Shown here in pieces: positions 20,751 to 29,652 of a stretch of DNA of 64,000 bases. Within the stretch, counting starts at the first letter, position 1; each line of letters starts with the position of its first letter. The stretch is from Acidimicrobiales bacterium (GTDB lineage Bacteria; Actinomycetota; Acidimicrobiia; Acidimicrobiales; Palsa-688): NCBI GenBank assembly GCA_965276765.1, contig OZ255627.1:2007007-2071006 (forward strand), read 5' to 3'. Under the pieces are notes generated by a model, which saw only the letters and a program-made list of their open reading frames with translations, had not been told where the DNA came from and searched no databases. The position numbers and the translations under genes were made by a program.

Positions 20751-22561
20751 TTGTCTTGGAGCACCTGGTGGACCTTCGATGCCAAGAGCCCCTCGAATGA
20801 GGACTTCAGGCTCGACGAGCCCGATCCGGGGTCGGCACCGAAGACCCACCGGGTCCTGCCGCTGCGGTCGATGACGTAGGCGACGTCGCTGTGGCCGACC
20901 ATCGCCCCACCGGCAGAGTTGGCCACCTGCACCCCGTACGAGTTCCAGACATGGCGAAGCGTGGGGAGGGACCCGGTCAGGTACTGCCAGTTACCGACCC
21001 TGCTCATGTCCTCTTCCCGGTCGAAGGCCCGGAGGAAGCCCGGGGCATAGTCCACGGGGTTGGCGGCGACGGCCACGAGCTCCACGTGACGGGATGCGGC
21101 GCCGAGCATACGGTCGGTCTGGACAAGCTCCTGGGCGATGAGCGGACAATCCGATACGCACACCGGGTCCAGAAAGGTGAGCACGACCACCTTGCCGGAC
21201 AGGCCCGACAGGCTGACGGCCCTGCCATTCTGGCTCTCGAGAGAAAACGGTGCCGCCGGCGTGTCCTCGGGCCCCGGCTGGCCGTTGAGCGCCTCGGTGA
21301 CGATGGGTGCAGCGGGCCTCACGGACGCCACCGCCATCGGGGCCGCACCGAGCAGCGTGACCAGCACGGCGAACACGGCGCCGAGCGTTCGCGTCAGGTA
21401 CACCGGTGGCAGCGACATCAGTCGTCCACTCGGTTCGGGTGCCATGACGCGTGACTCCGCTGCGGCGGCATGCGCCGGCCTCACGACGGCCAGGTACCCG
21501 GTCACCACGAGCGCGGCTATCGGGATCATGCTGTTGGGGTCGGTGCCGACGCCGCCGAAGAAGCCGAGATCCTGGATCAGGACCCAAACCGCGAGGCAGA
21601 ACACGACCGCGGCCGCCACCGCCAGACGGTTGACGATCCTGGCCCGCGCGATGAGTCCACCACCGATGGCGGCAAGGGCTACGACGACAAGGAGGTTGAC
21701 GGCAAACCCGTGCTGGCCGCTGAAGCGGGCGAAGTCGCCGACGGTTTTGGCCACGAACGATGGTTGTTGCGTCTGAGCCATCTGGGTCACCATGGCGGTC
21801 ACCCCGCCGACCGGTTGACCGCCGACCGAGCCCTGCCAGAAGCCCCGGCCCGGCCACGCTTCCAGCAGTGCCATCCCCACGAAGAACACGCCGACGCCGC
21901 GCATCATTAGGCGACCGAGGCGTTCGCCGTTCCATGCTGAGCGGGGAAGGGCAACCAGCAACCCGGCGACGACATAGATCAGGACCGCTCCCGGGGCGCC
22001 GAAGAGGAAGCTGAGGCCCGACCCGAATACGCCGCCGAAGGCCTCGCCGAACACCCACACGACCAGGCCCCATCCCACGCTCACCAGGCCGCCAAGGCGC
22101 GACCATTGTCCCCGCGGCGCCAGGAGCAGCCACGCTCCGATGCCGACCTGGATCCATACGGTGGCGACCGCGGCTTCGATCGGATGATCCGACCATACGG
22201 TCACACCGACATTGACCAGGTGCTGCACCCAGCTCGGGGATGAGGCCGCTGCCGGTTGCACGACGGCGGAAGGAAGCGCGACCGGCATGGCGCCCTGGGC
22301 CTGAAGGACGCCATCAAGGATCCAGAGCACCCCGAACGCAACCCGCACCGCCCATCGCCCGGACGGCTCGGCATCCGACCGCAGCACGACGGCGCCGCCC
22401 GGGGCATTGGACTGCGCCACGGCCCGGATCTGGAGGATCCGGGCCACCGTCCACGCCACGACCACGACGAGAAGGAGGCCGACGACAACCAGCGTCTGGT
22501 GGCGAAGGGCCACACGGAACGCCGAGACGATGAGGGCATTGTTGTTCGAAATGCCACCCAT
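20747..22561 (-). CDS. Polytopic membrane protein fused to a C-terminal Sco1/SenC-like thioredoxin-fold (CxxxC) domain
   Basis: N-terminal ~400 aa with about 10 predicted TM helices. C-terminal 'VVLTFLDPVCVSDCP...GHSDVAYVID' resembles the Sco copper-chaperone metal site (CxxxC plus distal His). The listed ORF starts at TTG; first ATG is at 22561. Confidence 0.6.
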   Translation of the reverse strand: MGGISNNNALIVSAFRVALRHQTLVVVGLLLVVVVAWTVARILQIRAVAQSNAPGGAVVLRSDAEPSGRWAVRVAFGVLWILDGVLQAQGAMPVALPSAVVQPAAASSPSWVQHLVNVGVTVWSDHPIEAAVATVWIQVGIGAWLLLAPRGQWSRLGGLVSVGWGLVVWVFGEAFGGVFGSGLSFLFGAPGAVLIYVVAGLLVALPRSAWNGERLGRLMMRGVGVFFVGMALLEAWPGRGFWQGSVGGQPVGGVTAMVTQMAQTQQPSFVAKTVGDFARFSGQHGFAVNLLVVVALAAIGGGLIARARIVNRLAVAAAVVFCLAVWVLIQDLGFFGGVGTDPNSMIPIAALVVTGYLAVVRPAHAAAAESRVMAPEPSGRLMSLPPVYLTRTLGAVFAVLVTLLGAAPMAVASVRPAAPIVTEALNGQPGPEDTPAAPFSLESQNGRAVSLSGLSGKVVVLTFLDPVCVSDCPLIAQELVQTDRMLGAASRHVELVAVAANPVDYAPGFLRAFDREEDMSRVGNWQYLTGSLPTLRHVWNSYGVQVANSAGGAMVGHSDVAYVIDRSGRTRWVFGADPGSGSSSLKSSFEGLLASKVHQVLQDK

Positions 22562-22660
22562 TCCCGGCAAGCTTCCTCCTTCTGGCCGACCCTGCGCCTT
22601 GCTTCGAAAACTACTACCCGTGCGACCCAGCCCGGCCTCGGCCGCTTCCGGTGATGGAAG

Positions 22661-24709
22661 TTACGTCGGCGGCCCTGAGGTGTGCCAGGAGCGGCGCGAT
22701 AAGAGCCGCAGGCCGTTGAGTCCGACGACAACGGTGGAGCCTTCGTGGCCGGCCACGCCGAGAGGAAGTGGCAGGTGGCCGGTGAGGTCGATGGCGACAA
22801 GTGCGCAGATGACGGCGGAGGCGAACCACAGGTTTTGCATGATGATCCGCCGGGCTTGCCGGGAGAGGTCGATGATGGCGGGGACCGTGGCGAGTTCATC
22901 ACGCACGATCACGACGTCCGCCGTGTCGAGCGTCAGGTCGGAGCCGTGCCTGCCCATGGCCACGCCGAGGTGGGCAGAGGCCAGCGCCGGCGCGTCGTTG
23001 ACGCCGTCGCCAACCACCGCGACCACCGTTCCATCCGCTTGAAGATCTCTGACCGCCGCCACCTTGCCTTCGGGCAGGAGGCCGGCGCGGATGTCGACGA
23101 TCCCGACCTCGTCGGCTAGCCGGCCGGCGACGCCGGCGTTGTCACCGCTGAGCATCACCGGAGCTCGGCCGGTGAGTGCTCGCAGCGCAGCCACCGCTTC
23201 GGCCGCCGCCGGGCGGAGGCGGTCTGCCAGTCCAATGACCCCGGCGGCATCGTCGTCGATCGTGACGACGACCGCTGTCCGTCCTGCGGCGTGAAGGCGG
23301 GCTACCAGCTGGGCCACATGCGGTGCACCAGCCGGCCCCGCGCCGGCGAGGAGCGGACTGCCGACGACGACGTGGCGTCCGTTGACGACCGCAGCGACGC
23401 CCCGGCCCGGGATCGAGCTGAAGGCGGTCGCTTCGGGGAGCGACCAGCCGCGATCACGGGCGGCACTGACGAGGGCCCGTCCGAGCGGGTGCTCACTTTG
23501 CACCTCGGCACCGGCGGCAAGAAAAAGCAGGTCGTCCACGTCGGTGTCGTCGCCAGGCACGACGAAGACCTCGGAGACTCGGGGCGCTCCTTCCGTCAGC
23601 GTCCCTGTCTTGTCGAAGGCGACAAGACCGGCCTGTCTGAGTTGCTCCATGACCACGGCCGACTTTACGAGCACGCCATGGCGGCCAGCGTTGGCGATTG
23701 CCGAGAGTAACGGCGGCATGGTGGCGAGCACCAAGGCGCACGGTGAGGCCACGATCATGAACGTCATCGACCGCAGCAGTGTCGACCGCAAGCCACCTCC
23801 GGCGGCGAACGGGATGGCGAACAAGGCAATGGTGGCGACCACGAGACCGACCGAGTACCGCTGCTCGACTCTCTCGATGAACAGCTGAAGACGCGCCTTG
23901 GTGGCTGACGCTTCTGAGACGAGCGCAACGATCCGGGCGACCACACTTTCCGCAGCCACCCGCTCGACGCAGACTCGCAGCGCACCCGTGCCGTTCAGAG
24001 TTCCGGCGAACACCGCACCGCCGGCCGACTTGGTCACTGGGAGCGACTCTCCCGTGATCGACGCCTGGTCGACGTCGCTTATGCCGCTCAGCACCGTCCC
24101 ATCAGTACCGATCCGTTCCCCTGGCCGGACCAGTACGAGATCGCCGACGGCCAATGTTGCGGTGTCAACTACCTCTTCGGAGCCGTTGGTACCGAGGCGG
24201 GTGGCTTGCTCGGGCGCCAGGTTGAGCAGGGAGTGCACACTGTCGCGTGTCCTTTTCGTGGCCACTGCCTCCAGCGAACCCGAGGTGGCGAAGATGACGA
24301 TCAGGAGGCCACCGTCGACCGCTTGGCCAATAAGCGCGGCGACCAGCGCGGCCACGATCATCAAGAGGTCGACGTCGAGGGACTTGGCCCGCAAGGCCCG
24401 CAGCCCGTCCAGGGCGGGTTCCCAACCACCGGCGAGATAGCAACCCACGAGGGCGGCGCCGCTGACGGCTCCAGCGGCTCCAGCGCTGCCGGCCGCCAGC
24501 GACGCCACGCCGATGACGAAGAACAGCAACGAAAGCGCTGACCACCGGATCTCGGGCAGCGTGACGAACGCGCCAACCCGATCGACTCGGGATTGCGTCC
24601 GACTCGGTGCCGGTTGCAGCGGCCCCGGAGCCGCTGTGGGCCCTGACGGAGCTTTGTGTCCGTCTCCTTCGACGTGGCCGTCGCGCCCGCACGTGGCCGT
24701 GTGGGTCAC
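22661..24709 (-). CDS. P1B-4-type heavy-metal translocating P-type ATPase (Co/Ni/Fe/Zn class)
   Basis: 'DKTGTLT' phosphorylation site, TM6 'SPC' motif ('ASPCAL'), 'HEGSTVVVGLN' in TM8, 'GDGVNDAPAL'. No N-terminal metal-binding domain. Confidence 0.85.
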   Translation of the reverse strand: MTHTATCGRDGHVEGDGHKAPSGPTAAPGPLQPAPSRTQSRVDRVGAFVTLPEIRWSALSLLFFVIGVASLAAGSAGAAGAVSGAALVGCYLAGGWEPALDGLRALRAKSLDVDLLMIVAALVAALIGQAVDGGLLIVIFATSGSLEAVATKRTRDSVHSLLNLAPEQATRLGTNGSEEVVDTATLAVGDLVLVRPGERIGTDGTVLSGISDVDQASITGESLPVTKSAGGAVFAGTLNGTGALRVCVERVAAESVVARIVALVSEASATKARLQLFIERVEQRYSVGLVVATIALFAIPFAAGGGLRSTLLRSMTFMIVASPCALVLATMPPLLSAIANAGRHGVLVKSAVVMEQLRQAGLVAFDKTGTLTEGAPRVSEVFVVPGDDTDVDDLLFLAAGAEVQSEHPLGRALVSAARDRGWSLPEATAFSSIPGRGVAAVVNGRHVVVGSPLLAGAGPAGAPHVAQLVARLHAAGRTAVVVTIDDDAAGVIGLADRLRPAAAEAVAALRALTGRAPVMLSGDNAGVAGRLADEVGIVDIRAGLLPEGKVAAVRDLQADGTVVAVVGDGVNDAPALASAHLGVAMGRHGSDLTLDTADVVIVRDELATVPAIIDLSRQARRIIMQNLWFASAVICALVAIDLTGHLPLPLGVAGHEGSTVVVGLNGLRLLSRRSWHTSGPPT

Positions 24710-25059
24710 TACGGTCTCCCCGTGGGGGATGGAGCACGACCAGCAGGCCGGGAGTGACCGACGAGGTCATCCAGCAGGTCCTGCACCGCCGAGTCGATCA
24801 ACTCGTAGACGACGTGCTGGCCGTGTCGACGAGCCTTGACCACGCCGGCCAACCGGAGCTTGGCCAGATGCTGGCTTACGGCGGCTGCGCCCGAGTTCGC
24901 CAGCTCAGCCAGGCACCCGACGTCGGATTCGCCTTGGTGCAGTGCCCAGAGGATCCGCAGCCTCGTCGGGTCGGCAAGTAGTCGCACCCTGGTCACAAGG
25001 GCGTCCACCTCCGATGCCTCCGGCATCTCGAACCCCTCAATACCTGCGTGCATACGCAT
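24709..25059 (-). CDS. ArsR/SmtB-family metalloregulator (NmtR/KmtR-like)
   Basis: 'LADPTRLRILWAL...SQHLAKLRLAGVV' is the ArsR HTH. A C-terminal Asp/His-rich helix could be an alpha5 metal site. Directly upstream of the P1B ATPase. Confidence 0.8.
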   Translation of the reverse strand: MRMHAGIEGFEMPEASEVDALVTRVRLLADPTRLRILWALHQGESDVGCLAELANSGAAAVSQHLAKLRLAGVVKARRHGQHVVYELIDSAVQDLLDDLVGHSRPAGRAPSPTGRP

Positions 25060-25150
25060 ATTCTAAGCAATCATTCCGGCCTCTCGATCTTGCGGCTCCG
25101 ATCTCGCTCCGGTTGGCTGTGGGTTCCTTCCATCGAGAGGATGCGGTGCA

Positions 25151-25444
25151 ATGCCCAAGGCTTATTGGATAAATGCGGTTCGCTCCGTCTCCGACCCGGA
25201 CAAGCTGGCGGCCTACAGCGAGCTGGCCGGGCCGGCGATCCGTGAGGCCGGCGGACGGTTTCTCGCTCGCGGCAATCCGGCGCGGGTGTTCGAGTCCGGC
25301 CTGATGGAGCGCACGGCGCTCATCGAGTTCGAAAGCGTCGGCCAGGCCGAGGCTGCGTACGACAGTCCCGGCTATCAAGCGGCGCTGCGAGCCTTGGACG
25401 GGAGTGCCGAGCGAGACGTCCGGATCATCGAGGCGGTGTCCTAA
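25151..25444 (+). CDS. DUF1330 domain protein
   Basis: ~97 aa. The 'YWINAV...D...Y' pattern is typical of DUF1330. Confidence 0.65.
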   Translation: MPKAYWINAVRSVSDPDKLAAYSELAGPAIREAGGRFLARGNPARVFESGLMERTALIEFESVGQAEAAYDSPGYQAALRALDGSAERDVRIIEAVS

Positions 25445-25476
25445 GGGTAGTCGCGGACGCGGCCGAGCCCTCGCCG

Positions 25477-26309
25477 TTAGCCGCCTGACCCGGGAAGGGG
25501 GGTGGATGCAATCCCGACGGGGTCGGATGAGCCCCGCCGCCGGAGGGCGAGCTGGCCCCCCAGGGCGGCGACGAGGGCGAGGGCGAAACCGGGGGCGGTC
25601 CCCACGGCCGGGAGGGCAAGGGCGGTCACGGCCAGGAAGGCGATGACGGAAAACGAACCCGAAAGGACGCCGTGGAGGAATCTGGCGGCGGCCACGGGGC
25701 CCTGGCGACGGTGGGTTGCCACTGTCAGCACGACGGTGACGAGCGGGATAGCGCCGATCAGGCCGGCCGACCGAGCGCCGAGGGCAGCCGCCGACTCGGT
25801 GACAGCAAGGTGAATCCCGCTGCTACGAGCATGCGCACGCCCAGGTCGTGGCCGACCTTGTCCTGAGCCGGCATAGCGGTCGGAACCCTTGGCCACCACA
25901 CCAAGGCGGCGACGAGGGCCGCCGTCGCCATGATGAACGCGGTCAGCGTCGTCGTAGGGATCTGGCCGAGCACGAGAGCACACGCGGCGAAGGCGGCACC
26001 GGCCACACCGAAGGCCGTAAGCGGCCGCATCCGCCGCGAGGCCAGCACATAGGCAACGCACCAGGCACTGGCCGCAACGTCGCCCGTCTGGTCGGAGATG
26101 GCCACATGATCGGCGAACCGGGTCCCATCGGTCACGGCAAGCAGCACGAGGAGCGGCGCCGCAGTGAGGGGAAGTCCGACAAGACGACCGCCCACGGCCG
26201 GTCCCCACCGGCGCTGGGCGAGCGTCGCGGCGGCGACGACCAGCGGGGCCAGAACGACCTTGACGAGCAGCAGCAACATGCTTCCAGTGTCCGAGCTTCT
26301 GTACCTCAA
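25477..26309 (-). pseudogene. Hypothetical polytopic membrane protein, apparently frameshifted, divergent from an Lrp regulator
   Basis: Membrane-like translation runs in one frame over 26309-25758. It then continues as 'IHLAVTESAAALGARSAGLIGAIPLVTVV...' in a second frame down to 25477. Confidence 0.4.
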
Positions 26310-26372
26310 TCGGCTCGGACCTATCGACCGTCATCCGTTCTGTGGCTAGTATTTATCGTTAATGAGCTCGTT

Positions 26373-26906
26373 ATGCCTCGTATTCCTCAAATGACCAGTG
26401 CTCTGGATCCGGTCGACAGAGAGCTCGTGACCGAGCTCGTTCACGACGGTCGCCTCACGTACCAGCAGTTGGCCCGCATCGTGCACCTGAGCGCCAACAG
26501 CACCGCCGACCGCGTCCGAAGATTGCGCCAGGCCGGCATCATCAGCGGGTATCACGCGGAGCTCGACCTGACGGTCATCGGGCGCCACCTTGGCGCGCTC
26601 AGCGATGTGAAGCTGAAAGACGACATCGATCGCAGTGACTTCGAGCGGGACCTCGTCCGTCTTCCCCAGGTGCTCGACGCCGTTCACACGACCGGTGAGT
26701 ACGATTACCAGCTGCGGGTAGCGAGCACGGGGACCCTCGACCTCGAGCGGGTCGTCGATGGGTTACGCCAGATGGGCGCGAGGGAGGTGCACAGCCGCAT
26801 CATCCTCGGCCAGGTCCGTTACGACCCGACGCGGCTCCTCCGGCCGGCCGACCAGGCCGCATCGTCGGCCCGTCCGGCCGTGCGCCGCCCCCACCCGCCG
26901 GGGTGA
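26373..26906 (+). CDS. Lrp/AsnC-family transcriptional regulator
   Basis: N-terminal HTH 'LDPVDRELVTELVHDGRLTYQQLARIVHLSANSTADRVRRLRQAGII', followed by a RAM domain. An AT-rich patch lies immediately upstream. Confidence 0.8.
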   Translation: MPRIPQMTSALDPVDRELVTELVHDGRLTYQQLARIVHLSANSTADRVRRLRQAGIISGYHAELDLTVIGRHLGALSDVKLKDDIDRSDFERDLVRLPQVLDAVHTTGEYDYQLRVASTGTLDLERVVDGLRQMGAREVHSRIILGQVRYDPTRLLRPADQAASSARPAVRRPHPPG

Positions 26907-26917
26907 AGGCCCCGATC

Positions 26918-27290
26918 TCACCCGGTGGCCAACGGGCGAGCAAAGCTCAACTCGTGGCCGTCGGGATCGCGGATGTGGAAGTAACGCTCGCCCCACGGCG
27001 CATCGGCCGGCACCATCTCCGGATCGTGACCGGCAGCGACGGCGCGCCGATACATGGCGTCCACGTCGTCGACCCACAACACGACTCGCCCCCACACCGT
27101 CGTTCGATGCGGTCCCCCCGCATCGAGCTGGAGGTTGAGGTAGCCGGCGCCGGCTCGGAAGGTCGAGAATGTCGCAGCTGGCCCTCCGTAGAGCAGATGA
27201 AAGCCGAGCACCTGGTAGAAGGCCACGGCCTCGGCCATGTCGGCCGTCACCAGCGTGACCGCGCTGATCGCCTCAACCGGCTCCCGTCCC
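26918..27290 (-). CDS. VOC (glyoxalase/bleomycin-resistance) family protein
   Basis: 'VTLVTADMAEAVAFYQVLGF' and 'HIRDPDGHELSF' are VOC beta-alpha-beta-beta-beta signatures. Start approximate. Confidence 0.6.
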
Positions 27291-27451
27291 GCTTCCACGG
27301 CCGTAGCCTGGCAGAGGAGAGGCCGGCGTGCTGCTGCGGAGCGGATGGGCTGGAAAAATCGTCGCTCCAGCATCCCCACTACGGCCGCTGCTGCGCACTA
27401 GCGTTCGCTCGTTCTAAGCACAATGCGGTTGTCGAAGATGTCTTGTCGACC

Positions 27452-29269
27452 ATGACCGGAACGGGTGATCCAGTCACGAACCGGGCATGGAGTGGACGGG
27501 GTCGTTCCGTCGCTGTCGTCGTGGTCTATGCCCTCGCAGCCGGGCTGGTCTTGCGGCCGCTGTCGTTCGCAGGCAACGGCTCATTGCCCCTACTGGCCGA
27601 CAGCGACCCCGCACAGCAGGCGTGGTTCCTGGCGCTCGCCCATTGGGCGATAACCGGCGGACATTCGTCATTGCTTGTTCGCAAGATCTACTTCCCGAGC
27701 GGGTTCAATGCGCTGGACAATGCCAGCTTCCCCTTGCTCGGGGCCTTGGCCACTCCGGTGACTGCCCTGTTCGGCCCGGTTGCCGCGTATCACCTGCTCC
27801 TGCGCTTTGCGTTCTTCGTGTCCGCCCTGGCCGGTTACCTCGTGCTCCGTCGGCTGCGGATTTCGTGGTTTGCAGCCGCGGCGGGTGGGGCGATCTACGG
27901 GTTCTCCCCGTACATGACGCACAACTACAGCTACCTGTTCCTGATCTTCGTACCGCTCCCACCGTTGATCTTCTTGGTCGTTTACGAACATCTTCGCGAA
28001 GCCTCTGCGTCGGAGACACGGAGACTGTGGCGGCCGGCGACATGGCGTGGCGGGCTGCTGGCGGTGATGGCGGCCGCACAATTCCTCATCTCGAGCGAGA
28101 TCCTTGTCACCACCGCACTTGTGCTCGCCTCGACCCTCCTGGTCCTCGCCGTAGGCGGGCTCCGCCGCCCGAGGGCGCTGGCCGTGAGAGTCGGTGCGCT
28201 CGCCCGACTGGCCAGTGCCACCGCAGTGATCGCGATTCCGCTCTTGGCCTACCCGGTGTGGTTCGCGCTGGCAGGTCCCGAGCACGACACAGGCCGTGCG
28301 GGCGTTGCCGGAGGCAGTGGCATAGACTGGACTGGCATTCTCTGGCCCGCCGACCACTTCCTGGTGGCGGGCCACCTGCCGAACCCTGGACCGCCCGGGT
28401 CGCCCCAGACCTTCGGGGACGTGGCCCTGATCGGGCTTCCGCTCCTCGTTGTGGTCGTCGCCACCATCGTCGTCTACCGGCGCGTCGCACTAGTGCGGGT
28501 TCTGGCGGCGCTATTGGTCTGCGCATGGATCTGGGCCCTTGGTACCCGTCTCATGGATGGCGCCGTCCCTTCCCGCGTCCCGCTGCCGTTCGCCCTCCTC
28601 GCCCACCGAGCCATCTTCCAGGACGTAGTGGCGCCGCGGCTCACCCTCTACGCCGCCCTCGCCGTCGGCGCCCTCACGGCGATCGGCATCGATCGTTGGC
28701 TGCGGCGGGCTGTCCTCAAGTCACGTGGGCCGACGACCGTGCTCTGTGCCAGCGCCGTCCTCGTCGCCCTGTTTGGGCTCGTCTACATCAGCCCGGCCTC
28801 CGGAGTCGGGGTCGTTGCAAGAGCGCCGAGTCCGACGGCCACGGAAGGGGCGCTCGCCGCGGTCCCGACGGGCTCCGTCGTCCTCGCTTACCCCTTCCCG
28901 AGGTATCCCGACGACGAGGCGATGCTCTGGCAGGCCCAGGCGGGTTTTCGGTTCTCCCTCCTCGGCGGCTACGCCTACCAGCAGAACCCGCAACAGAAGG
29001 CCCTGAAGGCGAGTGCCGTGGTTCGCTTCCTCGAGCAGGCCTGGACGACCGGCCGGGTGTCCCACCGGTTGAGCACCAGTGCGGCGGCGCAGGTTCCCGA
29101 TCTCGTGGACCTCTACCATGTCGGCGTGGTCATGGCTTACCGGTCGTCGCTTGCGGGTGAAGGGGCCTCCTCGGTCGTTCGGCTCTTTACGAGCCTCTAC
29201 GGACCGCCCGAGCGCCGCGGGCCATTCGATCTGTGGCGCCCTGCTGCTGGAGCCCGGCGGTCGCAATAA
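27452..29269 (+). CDS. Large polytopic membrane protein (possible membrane glycosyltransferase-like), function unknown
   Basis: About 13 hydrophobic helices and large loops. Start taken at the first ATG after the antisense overlap with the VOC gene. Confidence 0.55.
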   Translation: MTGTGDPVTNRAWSGRGRSVAVVVVYALAAGLVLRPLSFAGNGSLPLLADSDPAQQAWFLALAHWAITGGHSSLLVRKIYFPSGFNALDNASFPLLGALATPVTALFGPVAAYHLLLRFAFFVSALAGYLVLRRLRISWFAAAAGGAIYGFSPYMTHNYSYLFLIFVPLPPLIFLVVYEHLREASASETRRLWRPATWRGGLLAVMAAAQFLISSEILVTTALVLASTLLVLAVGGLRRPRALAVRVGALARLASATAVIAIPLLAYPVWFALAGPEHDTGRAGVAGGSGIDWTGILWPADHFLVAGHLPNPGPPGSPQTFGDVALIGLPLLVVVVATIVVYRRVALVRVLAALLVCAWIWALGTRLMDGAVPSRVPLPFALLAHRAIFQDVVAPRLTLYAALAVGALTAIGIDRWLRRAVLKSRGPTTVLCASAVLVALFGLVYISPASGVGVVARAPSPTATEGALAAVPTGSVVLAYPFPRYPDDEAMLWQAQAGFRFSLLGGYAYQQNPQQKALKASAVVRFLEQAWTTGRVSHRLSTSAAAQVPDLVDLYHVGVVMAYRSSLAGEGASSVVRLFTSLYGPPERRGPFDLWRPAAGARRSQ

Positions 29270-29652
29270 CCTCGACGTTCTGAGGATCCCGGCTCCTGGG
29301 CCATCGGGCCAGCCCGAGGATTACGACCGTCCATGACACAATCATCACGTGTGGCTCACGGTCTGTACATAGGCCCGCAGCATGATCTGAAGCTTCGTCG
29401 GACAGCGCAACGCAGGACTCCGATCGCCGACGGCGGTGATGACGACTTGCCCCTGGCGGCTTTCGGAGACCCTCTCATCAATGTCCACGGGACCATCCCT
29501 GCCGTAGGCGCCCGAAGCCGCCTACGCCGAAACCCACAGCGCAAATCGCGGCTGTGGCGACCTGCCAGCCGCTGCGGTGACCGAGTACGGCGGCAATTGT
29601 GGCTAGCGTCCAGACAAGGCCTGTGATGACCATGAGCTTGGCGTACCGCTGA

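Noticed and set aside
19543-20874. 443-aa plus-strand ORF opposite the Asp-box lipoprotein
   Set aside because: Pro/Ala/Arg/Ser-rich. The minus-strand frame has signal peptide, lipobox and repeat motifs.
20991-22196. 401-aa minus-strand Arg-rich ORF inside the membrane-Sco gene
   Set aside because: Alternative frame of the membrane-Sco gene. Composition is non-protein-like.
25060-25080. 5-4-5 inverted repeat TGCGT-N4-ACGCA at the ArsR start (possible autoregulatory operator)
   Set aside because: It lies inside the first codons of the CDS and is short. It does not match the 12-2-12 SmtB/ArsR operator format convincingly.
25848-26372. Upstream part of the 352-aa ORF that ends as the Lrp regulator
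   Set aside because: Gly/Arg/Glu-rich. The Lrp HTH starts at 26373, and the upstream region is antisense to the membrane-protein gene.
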